Below, in pieces: positions 1 to 13,657 of a stretch of DNA of 64,000 nucleotides. Each line of letters starts with the position of its first letter. Positions within the stretch are counted from its first letter, which is position 1. The position numbers were made by a program, and so were the translations under genes. The notes under the pieces are model-generated. The model saw only the letters and a program-made list of their open reading frames with translations, was not told the origin of the DNA and ran no database searches. The DNA lies in assembly GCF_009914755.1 (NCBI RefSeq), contig NC_060927.1, one strand, 5' to 3'. This stretch comes from the human T2T-CHM13v2.0 reference genome, Homo sapiens.

Positions 1-376
1 ATAATCAAAGGCTATGTCTAATGTGGTCCAGATCAAGGTTAAATCATTTCCCTGACATACTGGATCTTCCAATGAATTCCATTAAGAAGGGCAATATACT
101 AAGCCACTAATATATTTCTACTCCCCAAAATTCTCCTTTAGTGCTGCTGTCAATAAAACAAAAAAGAATGTGTTTAAAAATTAGAAGATGACCAATTGCT
201 TTCATTTTAAAGGAATGTCTAAATTGCATTTAAAAAATCGAAGCAATCCAGAATGTACTGACAAATACTATTTATTGAGCATTAAACTTTCAATTCTTTT
301 GATGATAATCCTGACATGTTCTCCCATATAGCATTCTGAGAAATTGCTGCAAAACAAGAATCTGAGAATCTAAGAG

Positions 377-402
377 GTGTGTGTGTGTGTATGTGTGTGT
401 GT
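377..402. repeat. (TG)n microsatellite
   Basis: gtgtgtgtgtgtgtatgtgtgtgtgt seen directly. Confidence 0.9.
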
Positions 403-1426
403 CTTTATGAGCAGTCATGACCAAGAACCTGATGACAAACACCTTAACCTATTCCATATCAGTATTACACACATCTTTTGACTTTTTTTCTAACAATCAT
501 GATAGATTTAATCTGAAATATCTTCATTCTATTTCCTCATCCTTTTTGTAAACAAAGACAAACATGAAAGAAATGCTAGCTGAGACTAGCACTGCAGATG
601 GTCACTACAACTGATCAAAAGTTGCACATCTCCAGGAATACCACATACCCTGAAGATGGATTATAGTGTATCACTACTCTGGCCTCTTGTCCTGGAGTTG
701 TGCAATATTCACCTCTGGGTCTGTTTAGAACCATGCTGAATTGAAACTGAAATCAGTAATCTTTCTTCTTAGAAAAAAATAACTCAAGATTACTAAGTTA
801 ATCAATTCTAATGAGATATGAACTGATTTAAATTAAAATAATATCCTCAAAACATTTATCAGTCACTAAAAGGTGGAGACAGTGTTAGACATAAAATTAT
901 CCCAAAATGACTGTATATAATAGGGTCACAGTTCCCCATCCCTAAATCCTTGTTTAGTTAGCAGGTTTTCTGGTGAAGGACATAAAACTGGATACCATGA
1001 TGATCTTACAGCACCCTCAAGTGGATTAGACTGACAATGTTTTTTTTCTTGAAGAAAGGTGTTGGTCTGTGATATGAAAAAGAAATAGAAGCTGGGAGAA
1101 TCTTTTCAAACAAAAACCATGGGAATGAATGAAGATGTGCCAACTCTTATCAGAAGGGCTTGCAGTTTGAATTATTCCTCTAACAACAGGGATAGACATT
1201 TGGCTGAGTTTGCCATATTTTCCATTTAGTATTCCTCACTCTTCCTTGAGTCACTTCAGGACAGCTTTGAATAGAGTGTTAAACACAGATGGCTACCTTA
1301 TATGGTAGCAAATTTGTAATCTAAACCTTTTACACCATGTGCTTAGGAATGAAATCAAGGGGCCCCATTATGGGAAAAAAAAGAGTTCAAGGCGATCTTT
1401 AGATAATAACATAATAACGGACATTT

Positions 1427-1479
1427 GTATTAGTCAGAGTTCACCAGAGAAACAGATAACAGGAGATACACATACACAT

Positions 1480-1515
<36 letters not shown>

Positions 1516-2233
1516 GATGAAGACTTAGCTCATACAGTTATAGAGGATTATGGAGGCTGAGAAGTCTTGGGATCAGCCATCTGCAAGCTGGAGACCCAGG
1601 AAGGCTGCTGGCATAATGTAGTCTGAGTCCAAAGGCCAAGGAGAGCCAATGATATAAATCCTACTCTGAGGGCAAAAGAAGATGAAATGAGATGTCCCAG
1701 CTCAAACAGTGGGGCCAAAAAGGGGCACATTTTCCCTACTTTTGCCTTTTATTCTATTCAGGCCCTGAATTGATATATATATATTTTTTGAGACAGGGTC
1801 TCACTCTGTCGCCCAGGCTGGGAAAGGCTCACTGCAGCCTCAACCTCCCAGGCTCAGACGATCCTCCCACCTCAGCCTCCTGGGTAGCTGGAACTACAGG
1901 CATGTGACACCACACCTGGCTAATTTTTGTATTTTTGGTGGAGACAGGGTTTTGCCATGTTGCCAGTGCTGGTCTCAAACTCCTGGGCTCAAGCAATCCG
2001 CCCTCCCGGCCCTCCCGAAGTGCTAGGATTACAGGCATGAGCCACAGATCCTGGCCCCTCAGTGGATTTGATGATGACCAACTACATTGCGGATGGCAAT
2101 CTACTTTACTGAGCCCACCAATTCAAATGCTAATGTCATCTGGAAACACTCTCACAGACACACCCAAAAATAGTCTTTAACCAACTATCTGGACATCCCC
2201 TGATCCAGTGAAGATGACACATAAAATTAACTA
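1427..2233. mobile_element. MLT2-family (ERVL) solo LTR, interrupted by a (CA)n tract and an Alu
   Basis: Starts tgtattagtcagagttcaccagagaaacaga and ends gatgacacataaaattaac, resembling MLT2 termini from memory. Confidence 0.65.
1784..2056 (-). mobile_element. Alu (AluJ-like), antisense
   Basis: ttttttgagacagggtctcactctgtcgcccaggctgg...ggattacaggcatgagcca. Confidence 0.9.
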
Positions 2234-2578
2234 CAGGTTGAGCATCCCTACTCCAAAAATCCAAAATCCAAAATTCTCCAAAGTTGGAAACTTTTTGAGC
2301 ACTCACATGAAGCCACAAATGGAAAATTTCACACCTGACCTCATGTGGTAGAACCCAGTCAAAATGTAGGAACGTGGCACCATGTTTACTCAGCGTCCCA
2401 AGGGTAAAATAAAATTACCTTCAAGTTGTGGGTATAAGGTGCATACAAAACATAAATGAATTTTTTGTTTAGACTTGAGTCCCCAAGGTATCTCATTATA
2501 TATATGCAATTATTCTAAAATCTCAAATTCAAAACACTCTGGTCCCAACCAGTTCAGATAAGGGATACCTGACCTATG
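2234..2578. mobile_element. Tigger4/MER46 (Zombi)-like DNA transposon relic
   Basis: Starts caggttgagcatcccta..ccaaaaatccaaaatccaaa, with an inverted terminus ataagggatacctgacct. Confidence 0.7.
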
Positions 2579-2929
2579 TCATAATTTTTTTTAATAAAAT
2601 AAATTCCATACATATATTTTAAAGCTACATCCTTAAAGAGCATGGTTTCACTGACCCTCTAAATGGCATGGTAATGGTAGAAAGAGTACTAGATACACAG
2701 TTAGACGACATGTATTCTAAAGTTAGTTTTTGAAAAACAAAAGCATGTATTAACCTCTCCATATTTGTTTCTTCGTTTTTAAAATGGCAGAGTAGAAAAA
2801 GCAGAGGCTACTAGTTGGTGGCTTCTTAGTGTATTAGTCAAAACCTTTGGTTCCAAACTACAGATTTCCTCCATCTGGCTTAAGCAACAAAAAGGGACTA
2901 TTTTCAGGAAAATAAAGACAGTAATTGGA

Positions 2930-4480
2930 GAAGAACGAAGTTGGAGAACTGGAACTACCTGACTTCAAGACTTACTATAAAGCTATAGTAATTAAGACAG
3001 TATGGTATTGGCAAAAGAATAGACAAGTAGATCAATGGAACAGAATAAAGAGCCCAGAAATAGACCAACATAATACATAAGTACCGTCAACTGATCTTTA
3101 ACAAAAGTAAAAAGGCACTACAATGGAGAAAAAAGATACTCTTTTCAGCCAGTAGTGCTGGAACAACTGGACATCCATATGCAAAAAAATGAATCTATAC
3201 ACAGGTCTTACATCCTTCACAAAATTAACTCAAAATGGATTATAGATCTACATGTAAAATGCAAAACTATAAAACTCTTAGAAAATAACATAGAAGAAAA
3301 TCTAGATGACTTTGGGTTTGGTGATGACTTTTTAGATACAATACCAAAGTCATAATCCATAAAAGAAAAAAAAAACTGATAAGCTGGATTTCATTAAAAT
3401 TAAAAATTTCTACTCTGCAAAAGATACCACTGGGAGAATATAATCCACAGGCCAAGACAAAATATTTGCAAATATATTAAAATATTTTAATAAATATATA
3501 AATTAAAAAATGGGCCAAAGACCTTAACAGACACCACACCAAAGAAGATATACAGATGGCAAATAAGCATATAAAAAGATGCTCCACATCATATATCATC
3601 AAGAGAATGCAAATGGAAATAACAATGAGATACCACTGCACATCTATTAGAATGGCCAAATTTCAGCACCCTGACATCAAACACCAGTGATGATGTGGAG
3701 CAACAGGAACTCTCATTAATTGCTGATGGGAATGTAAAATGGTACAGCCACTTTGAAAGACAGTTTGGTGCTTTTTCACAAAACTAAACATACTCTTACC
3801 ACACAACCCAGCATTTGCACTCCTATGCAAAAGAGTTGAAAACTTATGTCCACCAACAATATGCACATGTATGTTTATAGCAGCTTTGTTCATAATTGCC
3901 AAAACTTGGAAGAAACCAGTATATCCTTCAATAGGATAATGGATAAATTGTTTTATAAATCCAGCAAATTGAATACTATTCAGCACTAAAGATAAACAAG
4001 CTATCAAGCCATGAAAAGACATGGAGGAAACCAAAATGCATATTACTAAGAAGCCAGTCTGAAAATGCTATATACTATATGATCTCAGATACATAACATT
4101 CTGGAAAAGGCAAAAATACGGACACAGTAAAAAAATCAGTGGTTGTCAGGGGTTCCAAGGAGAAAAAGAATAGACAGAGCACAGAGGATTTTTAGGGTGG
4201 TGAAACTACTTTGTAATACACTATAATGGTGAATATGTCATTACACATTTGTCCAAGCCCACAGAATATATGACACCAAGAATGAAACCTAAGATAAACT
4301 ATGGACGTTGGATGATAGAGAGGTGTCAGTGTAGGTTCATCAATTTAACAAATGTACCACTCAGGTGGGGGATATTGATAATGAGGGAGGCTATGCATAT
4401 GTGGGGGCAGGGGATACATGGGAAACTTTTTACTTTCTCCTCACTTTTGCTTTTAACCCAGAATTGCTCTAAAAAATAAA
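2930..4480 (+). mobile_element. Old L1 (L1MC-like) ORF2 end and 3' UTR
   Basis: Degenerate ORF2 C-terminus (KINSKWIIDL.VK.KTIKLLE.NI), followed by L1M 3' UTR and an A-rich end. Confidence 0.8.
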
Positions 4481-6431
4481 GTCCATTTTTTCTAAAAAGA
4501 AGAGAGCCTTTAAAAGATACTGAAAAATTAAAGTTAGAAGTATCATAATAGATTTCTAGGACCTTATTTGGTACCCACCATCCCTGACACACACACTCCA
4601 ACCTTAACCCCAGCTAAAGGTGAGGCCTTGTTGAAACTGTTGGCATCAGGATCAAGAACCAGAAACAATCTATCTATAAATATTTCTCATAAAGTCATGG
4701 ATTATTTGTAGATTCTTAACAATTGGTTATAAACGTTTCCGAGATGTAAAAAAAAGACTTTATCTTTTGCAGATTATGTCACTAGCTGCAGAAGTTATTT
4801 GTGGAAACTTGGGAGATCCAAGAAAAGCTACAATGAGATATGCTGCTTCTCCCACTTCTTTATGTGGCTACCTTGTTTCACCTAAGTTTCTGTGTTCTTT
4901 GCTAAAGAAATCAGGAATTTACTCTGTGTGTGTGGGTGTATGTATGTGTGTTGTACCCACAGAGAGGCACCAGGGGTTTCTTCCCACCAATCTATAGCCT
5001 ACCTGAAATGACACGCTTACATAACCAAATGTCTATAATTAAAATATCCCTACCTACCTCCATTTCACACTTGCTGTCTCCAGAATGTATCTTGCTTTTT
5101 CACACCTCTACTTCTTTAATCATATTGCCCTCTGTGCCTGGACTGCACATAGTTGCCTCCCCCTCTCTCCTCTTACCCCCAGCAACTCCCACTACCTCAC
5201 TTCACAGAGAAGAGGAATCTATGCAGACACCCTAGTAGGTGTCCACAATAGCACTTACCACTGTGCCATATTTGTTTCTTCTTATGTCTAATCCTGTGTT
5301 GCACTGTGAGCCACTCAAGAACCAGAGTTATTTTCTTCACCTTTATATCTCTAGGGTCTAGAGTGTTTATTAAATAATGTACATATGTGTTTATTTAGAA
5401 ATTGAATTTAACATTTACAATAAAAATAGGCACAGGAACCAGACATCAAAGATCTGACTGCTTTAGATGTCCTGCCTTCTTCCCCCAACCCCATCCCACA
5501 CTTTCCCCTGTCCCTCTCCTCAACATATTCATTTAGTTATTTATGTTGCTTAATCTGGAAAAGTTTCTCGAAAAAGATTTTTTTAAGGTAAGGCAAGAAG
5601 TAAAAAAGAAAAACAGTATTTTCTTCGTCGCCCACTTGAGAGGCCCCACATGTGGGACTAGTTTTTCTAAAATGAGAAGCAAACCTAGTCCCATTTCCTT
5701 TCCTCACTCCCTCCAATCCCATGTCAAAGATCCAGTGCCCTGTCCCCTTCAAAGTCAAAGGGGTGTCTGTCTCAAAAGAAAATGAACTCAAATACACCTG
5801 TAATTGTAAAAGGCTTTATCCTCTGCAATGGGAGTAGTATTCCGGAAGTAAAGAATAAGACTGCCTTCGGCACCCAACTAATGTGGCTACTTTCACATAA
5901 GGAACTAACCAAAGACAGAAAATCCCACGCTGAGTTTTGAGTACATTTGCTTAAAGTGCATTTCTTCTGTCACTACTATACGAAAAATATCACTCTTGAT
6001 AAATGCTGTTTACCCCCTAAAAGGAGCTGCTTTCTATGTTCACGGCCATTTCAGATGTTCAAGGTATGAGGTGGGGGAGGGTTATCCTAGTGTTGGAATT
6101 AGGAAGAAGTATAGACAGATCCCATAGTGATAAAACCATGTGCTACTGAAGAATGGCCTCAGAAGGTGACATTCCCAGGCTAAGTAACACTATTTGGTGT
6201 CTGGTTCTCAGACACCGGTTTCTTAGTCCCTCCAAAAAATGAGGTCCTTGATCACAGATTGACTCTAACACAAATCACATACTTATCAAGATGTCTATAA
6301 TAATTTTTAGTGGTCAGCTTTCCTTTTCAGTGACAGCACTCTTTCCTAAAAACAACCATTCTCTAGAGTTATGGCTTAAAACAAGTCAGTCTGTACCATT
6401 TATTAAAGTTGATATGCCTATAGAAGCTTGA

Positions 6432-6735
<304 letters not shown>

Positions 6736-7109
6736 CAAATTTATCTTTTACAGTTGCATTCTTGTTTGTTGCATTTTCTCAAGTCTCAAACTGTTTACCT
6801 ATTTGCCTGGGTTTTCCACAAAACAGTGTGGCAGTATCGATTATGTTCTGGGCTAGATCTCCTATACAAAAGTGGTAACACAGTGAAAGGCAAGTTGATT
6901 TCCTCAAAGACACATGGTGGGAAGTGGAGAGACTAACTGTCACCGTTTATTTCTGTTCAAGAGGACTATACTGAACTATTTACACTGAACATATTTAAAT
7001 GGTACAAATTTTATACTGGAATAAAACGAAGCTACATGATCTCAAAATTAGGGTTAGTTAGACCTTCCATATGATAAAATACTCAATCCAGCAACTCTGC
7101 CTGAGAAGA

Positions 7110-7240
7110 CCAATTAATACTTCGTTTGGAATCCTAACTCTAGCCTCTTACTAGCTGTGTGCCATTGAGCAATTTACTGGGACTCTCTGAGCATGTTTCC
7201 TCGTTTTCTAAAATGAAAAAGTACAATAGCTACCATAGTG
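7110..7240. mobile_element. MIR fragment
   Basis: ggaatcctaactctagcctcttactagctgtgtgccattgagcaattt...ctctgag...tttcctc matches the MIR core. Confidence 0.6.
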
Positions 7241-7779
7241 GTTAGGTTCTCAAGTCAGTAAGTAAGGGGATGGGGGACCTAAGTTGAAATTCCCTTTGAA
7301 AATCACTTGAATTGTCCATAAGAACAGTATATTGACTTTTGCGTACATACCACTATACAGTAAGTCCCACAGACACTAAATTTTGAGCAACCATTGAGAT
7401 AAACTAAATAAGAAATGCATGTGTTCATTAGTTATTGTAAAACTTGAATGGCATATGCACGTGTGGAGACATTAAAGCCATCCTGGTTTTAGAATTCACA
7501 ATCACTAACAGTAAATGGGGTATGGATGGAGAACACCACTCCAGGTGCTTAACAAATGTCCGTGTCCTTCCTTTCTTCTGCCCTTAAAACCACCTGGAAA
7601 CCTTCCCGGAGCAGCCGGTTGAATGGGGTTACGCCAGAGACACAGGTATTGATTTACGCAGAGAGTACGTCGAGGGAAGAAGCTTGGAGACTCGTATAGG
7701 GTTCTTACCCTGGCACTGGCACTTAGAAGCACCTTGATGAATACGAAAAGGAATTATTATTTACCCTAGGTTACAGCTC

Positions 7780-8480
7780 GAGCTATTTCGACGTAATAAC
7801 GATCCCACGTACACTTTAAAAAGCAAACTTCTCACATACATCACTTCCTGGAAGCCCTAGTCAGCCTTTAGCCCAAGCAATGCTGAGCCCAATCCTTCGG
7901 CCTTCCGTAGTCTCGCTCGGTTTCGCGAGATCGAGGCTGAGCTCCGCCGCGCCGCCGTGGGGGCGACCCCAGAACACTTCCGGGTGTAACTGGTTGTGCT
8001 GTCTGTGTACTTCCGGCAGCCTCCAGACAGTTTCTTCCGCTTCCTGTACCACCCGGCTCAAGTAGCGGACACGGAACAGGGAACTATCAGCCCGTCGGCC
8101 TCCGGGCCCTGCATTCTCTAGCCATGGACCGGGACCTTTTGCGGCAGTCGCTAAATTGCCACGGGTCGTCTTTGCTCTCTCTACTTCGGAGCGAACAGCA
8201 GGACAATCCACACTTCCGTAGCCTCCTGGGGTCGGCCGCCGAGCCAGCCCGGGGCCCGCCGCCCCAGCACCCGTTGCAGGGCAGGTAATGAGACGTTGGT
8301 GCCACTGCGCCACGGAAGAGGGGACGCAGCTCTGGCAGCCACTACCGCAGCCCCGGGTTTGCGTCTAGAGGAAGTGGAGCCGCGGCCGTGAGCACAGGAC
8401 GATCGCGCGCTGGTGTCTTGGGCTGGGTGGACGGGGGGCGCTCCTGGGTTGTGCAATGCGGGATGCGGGCTGAACTTTTT
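7780..8480. promoter_or_regulatory. CpG-island promoter of TTC14 with ETS sites and a CGCG element; probably bidirectional
   Basis: CpG-dense and TATA-less; ACTTCCGG at ~7976 and ~8009, cttccgcttcctg at ~8034, TTTCGCGAGA at 7921-7930 (one mismatch to TCTCGCGAGA). Confidence 0.85.
8124..8284 (+). CDS. TTC14: TTC14 coding exon 1 ([14 protein letters not shown]...PLQGR)
   Basis: Kozak gccATGg; donor CAG|gtaatg; 161 nt, phase matches exon 2. Confidence 0.95.
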
Positions 8481-8752
8481 CTCTGGCACTGCTTGGTAGA
8501 GGCGCAGATTCCTTAGCTAAAAATCCCTTGAGCTTTCCTATCTGAGTTGGAGGCGTCACTTTTTAAGTTTCCCCGCTCTCCACCTCCAGGTTGGTTAATG
8601 AGGGAATGCCTAGTTAAAACTTTTTGTCTGAGGTTGTATTGTCTGCAGCTTAGGATGGAGCGGAATGGGCGATGAAAGCCATAAGCAGAAGGTTAGAAGT
8701 AAAGAGGCTTTGCAGATAACCCAATTTTCATATATATTTTTTTCTTTTTAAG

Positions 8753-8877
8753 AAAAGAGAAGAGAGTTGACAACATCGAGATACAGAAATTCATCTCCAA
8801 AAAAGCGGATCTGCTTTTTGCACTTTCCTGGAAATCAGATGCACCTGCAACTTCTGAAATTAATGAAGACAGTGAAG
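8753..8877 (+). CDS. TTC14: TTC14 exon 2 ([17 protein letters not shown]...EDSE)
   Basis: tttttaag| acceptor, AAG|gtcagt donor, 125 nt, open frame. Confidence 0.93.
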
Positions 8878-8985
8878 GTCAGTTTAGCCTTAAAATCTTT
8901 AAGATTGCGGTTCGGTTTAACAGTACTTCAGGTGAAACGGAACTCAAAACTATCGTTAGTGATTTTGTTAATTTTTTTTTTTTAG

Positions 8986-9185
8986 ATCATTATGCAATCA
9001 TGCCACCTTTAGAGCAATTCATGGAGATACCTAGTATGGATCGGAGAGAGCTGTTTTTCCGAGATATTGAGCGTGGTGATATAGTGATTGGAAGAATTAG
9101 TTCTATTCGGGAATTCGGTTTTTTCATGGTGTTGATCTGTTTAGGAAGTGGTATCATGAGAGATATAGCCCACTTAGAAATCACA
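8986..9185 (+). CDS. TTC14: TTC14 exon 3 (start of S1-like domain)
   Basis: poly-T ag| acceptor, |gtaagt donor; [21 protein letters not shown] is S1/OB-fold-like. Confidence 0.95.
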
Positions 9186-10086
9186 GTAAGTTATTTTTGT
9201 TACTTGGATTGCTTCTGTTTTTGTTAACGCATCTCAATGCAAGAACTATATCTTTGCATGCAGTTGTGCTCAAGTATACCTGCCAAGATGCTTTTGGAAA
9301 TTAAATGTTAATTGGAGAAAAATAGTTTAAAAAAATTAGTGTAAGTTACCCAGTTTCTCCCTCCATTTCTGGTTTTTGGGATTTTTTAAATTTAAACTGG
9401 TTGGCAGGCACAGTGTTCTTTTCTAAATGCTCAAAGAGGTATCAGTGGACGTGGTGAGGTTGATTGATATTCAGACTTATTTCTTGTAGTTGAACATATG
9501 TATTCTTAATTAGTTAATATTTGGCATTGTATATTTTCATGTGGATAATTTGGAGAGAAGTTTCATTTATATATTTACAATAATTAAATGTAAGTGGTTT
9601 GTACATTATATTAAGATACTTTGCCCAAGATGGATAGTCCTGAATTTAAACTAATGTGTCACGATAAAAGATTGGGTATTTGCCATCTATCCAGGCAGAT
9701 AAAAAGGAAGAAAAGCAGAAGGTATTACAGATTGGATAACAGACAAAATACTTTGGAGAATTGGCATTTCATTTTCACTGGAATCCTTATACCTTTTAGA
9801 CAAATTTTAGTTTGTTTTTGATGCATGTTGTATACTGTCATAAGCCATCATATTTGGTTCCTAAACTAATGGAAAGTTTCATGAGATTTTAGTTTTTTAA
9901 CTGAACCAGCAAACATATTTTACTGTGTTTGGACACGGAAATTACTTTTAACTAAATCCTTATTTAAATTTTTACTTTAGGTTGTTCAACTACTAGCTGT
10001 TTCATACCAAACAACTAAGATAAAAGAAGACACTGTTCTTATCAAAGCTTGAAATGTCTGGTGTTTTAAAATACTTCTCATTACAG

Positions 10087-10171
10087 GCTCTTTGTCCCTT
10101 AAGAGATGTGCCTTCTCACAGTAACCATGGGGATCCTTTATCATATTACCAAACTGGTGACATCATTCGAG
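10087..10171 (+). CDS. TTC14: TTC14 exon 4 ([28 protein letters not shown])
   Basis: ttacag| acceptor, GAG|gtgatt donor, 85 nt, phase consistent. Confidence 0.92.
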
Positions 10172-10339
10172 GTGATTAGTTTCATCATACTAATAAAAAA
10201 GTAATGATTGTTGAATTTTTGTTTTTATTAATTTAAAAAAATACAGTCTAAGAGGGTAGTGTTTGGGAAAGTTTATATTTTTTATGTTAGTTTACATTTT
10301 CTTACTAATCAGCTTAGTTCTCTTTTTTTTTTTCTTAAG

Positions 10340-10469
10340 CTGGAATCAAGGATATTGACAGATACCATGAAAAGCTAGCAGTATCTCTGTATAGCTCTTC
10401 TCTTCCACCACACCTATCTGGTATTAAATTAGGTGTAATTAGCTCTGAAGAGCTTCCTTTATACTACAG
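10340..10469 (+). CDS. TTC14: TTC14 exon 5 ([17 protein letters not shown]...LPLYY)
   Basis: cttaag| acceptor, CAG|gtaatt donor, 130 nt. Confidence 0.93.
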
Positions 10470-10713
10470 GTAATTTATCCGTATTATTTCAACAACAGTT
10501 CATTACAAAAGTCTCTTGGATTGAGGAATACCACATTTTTATAACGGTTAAATTACTTCAGACTTGGTAAAAGGAAACCATATCATAATATTGCCACACC
10601 ATCTTATGCAAAAAATGGAATTAGTATTTAAACCTCAAATGATATTATTTCTTTACTAGAAATGGAATGTCAAATTAGTCATTTTACAATTTTTGTGTTT
10701 GTATTTTTTTAAG

Positions 10714-10869
10714 GAGAAGTGTTGAGCTAAATAGCAATTCTTTGGAGTCCTATGAAAATGTCATGCAGAGTTCCTTGGGATTTGTTAATCCAGGAGTAGT
10801 TGAATTCCTTCTAGAAAAACTAGGAATAGATGAATCTAATCCACCATCTTTAATGAGAGGCCTACAAAG
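10714..10869 (+). CDS. TTC14: TTC14 exon 6
   Basis: ttttaag| acceptor, AAG|gtatag donor, 156 nt; overlaps the ORF-track peptide [13 protein letters not shown]. Confidence 0.93.
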
Positions 10870-11129
10870 GTATAGTACATCAGTATTACTCTTAGATGGT
10901 GAGGGGAGTGGCAGTAAGCTCAGAAGCTGCGTTTAGCTGAAGGACGTATTTTACCATCCTAAGCCACCTAGTAGCAGGCATATGCCAAAGGTTGAATGAA
11001 CCAGGTGATCCCATCTTCTGGACTGGACTGTCTTATCAGTGATTAATATGTGTACCATGTAACCAAGTAGAGAAGGATGCAGAAACTTTTTATAAGAATT
11101 TTGTGTGTATGCTAAAGAAAAATACTGGG

Positions 11130-11442
11130 TTTTTTTGTTTTTTGTTTTTGTTTTTTGAGTCGGAGTCTCACTGTGTCACCCAGGCTGGAGTGCAGTGGCG
11201 CTATCTCAGCTCACTGCAAGCTCTGCCCCTGGGTTCACGCCATTCTCCTGCCTCAGCCTCCCAAGTAGCTGGGACTACAGGTGCCCGCCACCACGCCTGG
11301 CTAATTTTTTTTTCTTTGATTTTTAGTAGAGTTGGGGTTTCACCGTGTTAGCCAGGATGGTCTCAATCTCCTGACCTCGTGATCCACCCGCCTCGACCTC
11401 CCAAAGTGTTGGGATTACAGGCGTGAGCCACCGCACCTGGCC
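11130..11442 (-). mobile_element. Alu (AluY/Sc-like), antisense, with 13-bp TSD
   Basis: Alu body flanked by aagaaaaatactg at 11115-11127 and 11443-11455. Confidence 0.95.
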
Positions 11443-11627
11443 AAGAAAAATACTGTTTAACAATAATAATCATTTCGAAAGTTCAAAGATTTTGGTATGT
11501 AAATAGAATGCAGATTTCTTGCTTGGGATTCATACTTTCACTGTCGAGTGCCTGTCAAGCAGAGTTAAGTATAGTTACTTAAAAAATATTTGTGGTTTAA
11601 CTTTTTAATTTTTATTTTCTTTAATAG

Positions 11628-11699
11628 CAAAAATTTCTCTGAAGATGATTTTGCTTCTGCATTGAGAAAAAAACAATCCGCATCTTGGGCTTTAAAATG
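11628..11699 (+). CDS. TTC14: TTC14 exon 7 ([24 protein letters not shown])
   Basis: aatag| acceptor, ATG|gtatga donor, 72 nt. Confidence 0.92.
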
Positions 11700-12114
11700 G
11701 TATGAAGACTGTCTTTCAACAATTGCATTATATCTAGTCTAAAAGCTTAGGGCAAGGCAAGCATGCTTATATCATCAATAAGACAAATTTGAGATGCATT
11801 AAAGTGATGCCTTTTTGACATGAGCTTTTCTTTTATAGATGTAAGTAGTCTTACATTTTACACTTAACAGATAAGTTTTACTCAGCATTTCAGTTTTCTC
11901 AAAAGGAATTAGTATATTGATATCTAGGTTTCACCAATATTTGTTGTGAAAATGTCCAAAGGCAGAAGAACGTTCCTTAGGTATATTGTGAGTACTCTGA
12001 AAACTAAATATTTTGCCAAGTTTGATGACATTTGCTTTTAAAACTTATTCACACTAACATTTTATTTAGATATTGTTTGAAGTGTTTGTGATGCTTTACA
12101 AATGTCTTTTTTAG

Positions 12115-12234
12115 TGTGAAGATCGGAGTTGACTATTTTAAAGTTGGACGCCATGTGGATGCTATGAATGAATACAATAAAGCTTTGGAAATAGACAAAC
12201 AAAACGTGGAAGCTTTGGTAGCTCGTGGAGCATT
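12115..12234 (+). CDS. TTC14: TTC14 exon 8 (TPR: [24 protein letters not shown])
   Basis: ttttag| acceptor, |gtaagt donor, 120 nt, TPR consensus. Confidence 0.95.
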
Positions 12235-12342
12235 GTAAGTGAATCATACATGGATTTTAAGGAATGTTTACCAGGTAAATGCGAACAAGATTTATGAAGA
12301 GCTTGTGAGATACAGCCCTCTATCTTTGTTTCATGTCTCTAG

Positions 12343-12465
12343 ATATGCGACAAAAGGAAGTTTGAACAAAGCAATAGAAGATTTTGAGCTTGCATTAGAA
12401 AACTGTCCAACTCACAGAAATGCAAGAAAATACCTCTGCCAGACACTTGTAGAGAGAGGAGGACA
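12343..12465 (+). CDS. TTC14: TTC14 exon 9 (TPR: [22 protein letters not shown])
   Basis: ctctag| acceptor, |gtaagt donor, 123 nt. Confidence 0.95.
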
Positions 12466-13509
12466 GTAAGTATCAGATTTTGTTTAATAGTGGAGGTCTA
12501 ATGTTCAACCAACCACTAAAAAATTTTGAACTTAAGGAAATAGTTTCTTAAGCACTTAATTTATAACACTCTTGGTTTCAATAAATAAATGGGAAAGTAC
12601 AAGAGATTAGGCAAATACTCTTTTCCTAGATAATATACTCAAAAGTTTTTGGTTTAATGACTATACTATTTGTGTAGTCATTCCTGTTTGTGATCACAAA
12701 TTCCAAGTTGATTAAATTTTGCAATATTCGTTTATAATTTATAAGAACTTCTATTTAATGATTGGAGCAGCTTTTTACATACTTACTAGGTGGATAACTA
12801 GTAACTACTTATATGTGGTTGTCTTATAGCCTTGTATTGATGTCTTTGAGCTGAGTGAATAGCAATACCCTGTAGTTACCTAAGCCAGAGATACTGTTCA
12901 TCTTTGACTTGTCCTTTGTTTCCCATATCCAGTCTACTGACACAAAAGTGATCCCATTGTATTTGTTTTATAGTAATTTCTTTTTCCTTCTAAGAACCCA
13001 AAGCACTTTGCAACATCTTTTGACTGCTTTATGTCCAAACTTTCTCATTCTGGTGTTTCACAACCCAGACTTGTGAAATTCATCTAATGATTATGCTATT
13101 TACAGGCTCATTGTGATATATGTGTATGTTGGTATTTCCAAAGATTTCCAAAATTTTCTGTAGATAATTTTTCATAAACTACTAGGGAAAAAAGCCTGCT
13201 GGTATAATTCTGTGCTAAAATTCAAGATCATACTAAATTTGTGGACACCCATTTATCATGGGTTTTTGTGTATTACTGCAAAAATGTGCCAATATTGGAC
13301 ATATACCTTTAGTTACTAGTAAGATTTCTGTTTATGTGGTCTATGAAATAAATTACAGTAAAAAGCATATTATTTTGGTATTTTATTTTGGAAAATAATT
13401 TACTTGGCTTTTCCCTAATAAGCTCTCTCATATAAGCCTTTGACCTGTATGCATATTTGGATAGTTTTGTTGTTTTTACAAAAAAGCTAAATCTTTCTTT
13501 CAAATTTAG

Positions 13510-13627
13510 GTTAGAAGAAGAAGAAAAGTTTTTAAATGCTGAAAGTTACTATAAGAAAGCTTTGGCTTTGGATGAGACTTTTAAAGATGCAGAGGATGCT
13601 TTGCAGAAACTTCATAAATATATGCAG
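13510..13627 (+). CDS. TTC14: TTC14 exon 10 (TPR: [21 protein letters not shown]...KYMQ)
   Basis: tttag| acceptor, CAG|gtgatt donor, 118 nt; cumulative CDS 1290 nt = 430 codons. Confidence 0.95.
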
Positions 13628-13657
13628 GTGATTCCTTATTTCCTCTTAGAAATTTAG
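13628..13657 (+). CDS. TTC14: Alternative TTC14 C-terminus on intron-10 retention (VIPYFLLEI*, 439 aa total)
   Basis: In-frame read-through to TAG at 13655-13657; matches my recollection of a 439-aa TTC14 isoform (not verified). Confidence 0.7.
   Translation: MIPYFLLEI

Noticed and set aside
7861-8313. 150-aa antisense ORF over the TTC14 promoter and exon 1
   Set aside because: Expected stop-codon scarcity in a CpG island; no recognisable domain
8878-12342. TTC14 introns 2 and 8 are both 108 nt, a multiple of three
   Set aside because: No sequence similarity between them, and retention hits in-frame stops (intron 8 immediately gives TTG TAA); coincidence
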